Assembly (NCBI RefSeq): GCF_000400465.1
Contig: NW_008806275.1
Location: forward strand, 177,443-209,442
DNA: 32,000 bases
Source of the DNA: Wallemia ichthyophaga EXF-994
Taxonomy: Eukaryota; Fungi; Basidiomycota
Direction of reading: 5' to 3'
The position numbers were made by a program, and so were the translations under genes. This document shows positions 31,045 to 32,000 of this stretch, in pieces (the stretch's first letter is position 1; each line of letters opens with the position of its first letter). Below the pieces are notes generated by a model. That model made no database searches, had not been told where the DNA came from, and saw nothing but the letters and a program-made list of their open reading frames with translations.

Positions 31045-32000
31045 GGAAAGATCGAGGTCTAAGGCACACAGTTACAATGAATTTTGCGGACGGCTTGTGA
31101 ATTGGTGCCTAGTAAATATTTGTCCAGGTTGTTCGATTTCCTGAAGTGACATAACATTTAATTAAACAGTACATACAAGCTGCACGTATCGTTCGAGTTA
31201 TATTAGCTACATAAATTGCATTGCAAGCTTTGACTTCTTAAGCCATGGAAAAAGTGAGACCGCAAACTAAAACATTCTGACTTGCGATGCTTATTCTCAA
31301 CGATCATTTACAAATCAATACAATGGGATAAAATTTTATCTGGAATTGCCATCGAACAAACTCCAATCATCTCCACCGGTTCCTTGCCATTAGTAAGAGA
31401 TCGCGAACAGGCTGGAAGGGGGGGGGGATAAACTGAGTAAAAAATTAATTTATGCGCGCTATCATTCTGTTCAACTGCTTACTGCACACCCCAAATTACT
31501 GCTTTTCAGTCTAACCTCTAATAATTGTGAAGTAAGTCGCAATCGGCAGATGTGATTGATGTCATTAAATCAAGGATACTCTCAATTAGAAGAGCTTGTA
31601 GCATCGTACGTCTACAGATCCATCCGCATTTCACTCATAGATCGCTAGATTTTACATGCGGTCGGGAGCTATTCCATTTCTTCAAGACTTCTCGTGAGGA
31701 GTGGCGGAGATTGGGAAGTGAAATGGTGCAGCAAATGCTGATTAGGCTAGAGATCGCATCTATCCCTCTTGCTCGGATGCTCGGATGCTCGGTTATAATC
31801 ACCGCATGGCACACTTAAAGATGTCAATCACAGCACGCGAAACTGTGAAGAATGGGCAGATATTCCATTAATATTTAATACAAATTATATTCAATTATGC
31901 ACATGCAATGATAAGGGGCCGGCAGGGACTTTTATTAAGCCAAGCTAGCTGCACGAGGAAGCAGTGTGAAAAGGGCAGAGATTTAGCCAAGTGTTGAATT

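Noticed and set aside
31120-31150. GTTCGA T-loop-like motif (also at about 1003 and 1128)
   Set aside because: No acceptor stem or cloverleaf can be built, and two of the hits lie in coding sequence.
31552-31818. 88-aa ORF in the terminal intergenic region
   Set aside because: Non-ATG start, no motifs, and it includes a simple tandem repeat; likely spurious.

Overview
Gene-dense, intron-containing eukaryotic DNA from a fungus. Gene content and very short introns (mostly 40-60 nt) and intergenic gaps fit a compact basidiomycete such as Wallemia; this is inference, not checked. After manual splicing I find about 26 protein-coding genes and one pseudogene, mostly housekeeping: CPA2 cation/H+ antiporter, ARC15, NDUFA1, PUS3/DEG1, MAG-lipase-like hydrolase, GT8, NIPA transporter, FMN alpha-hydroxyacid oxidase, signal peptide peptidase, NUP133, COA8, TMEM128-like, FRG1, ILV5, uricase, TACO1, SEC12, U1A-like, PI-PLC-X-like, RAC1, S-formylglutathione hydrolase and an expansin-like protein. 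Two genes (NDUFA1 and an 84-aa membrane microprotein) are missing from the ORF track. I found no tRNA, rRNA, CRISPR array, transposon or convincing biosynthetic cluster, and no clear multi-gene novel system. Best leads: (i) a 125-bp diverged, frame-breaking tandem duplication inside the antiporter whose two copies differ mainly at synonymous sites; (ii) introns with GU-rich 5' and AC-rich 3' halves; (iii) head-to-head genes with start codons only 13-28 bp apart; (iv) an orphan secreted-protein gene next to its decayed paralogue; (v) two uncharacterised small genes. All exon boundaries are manual predictions.
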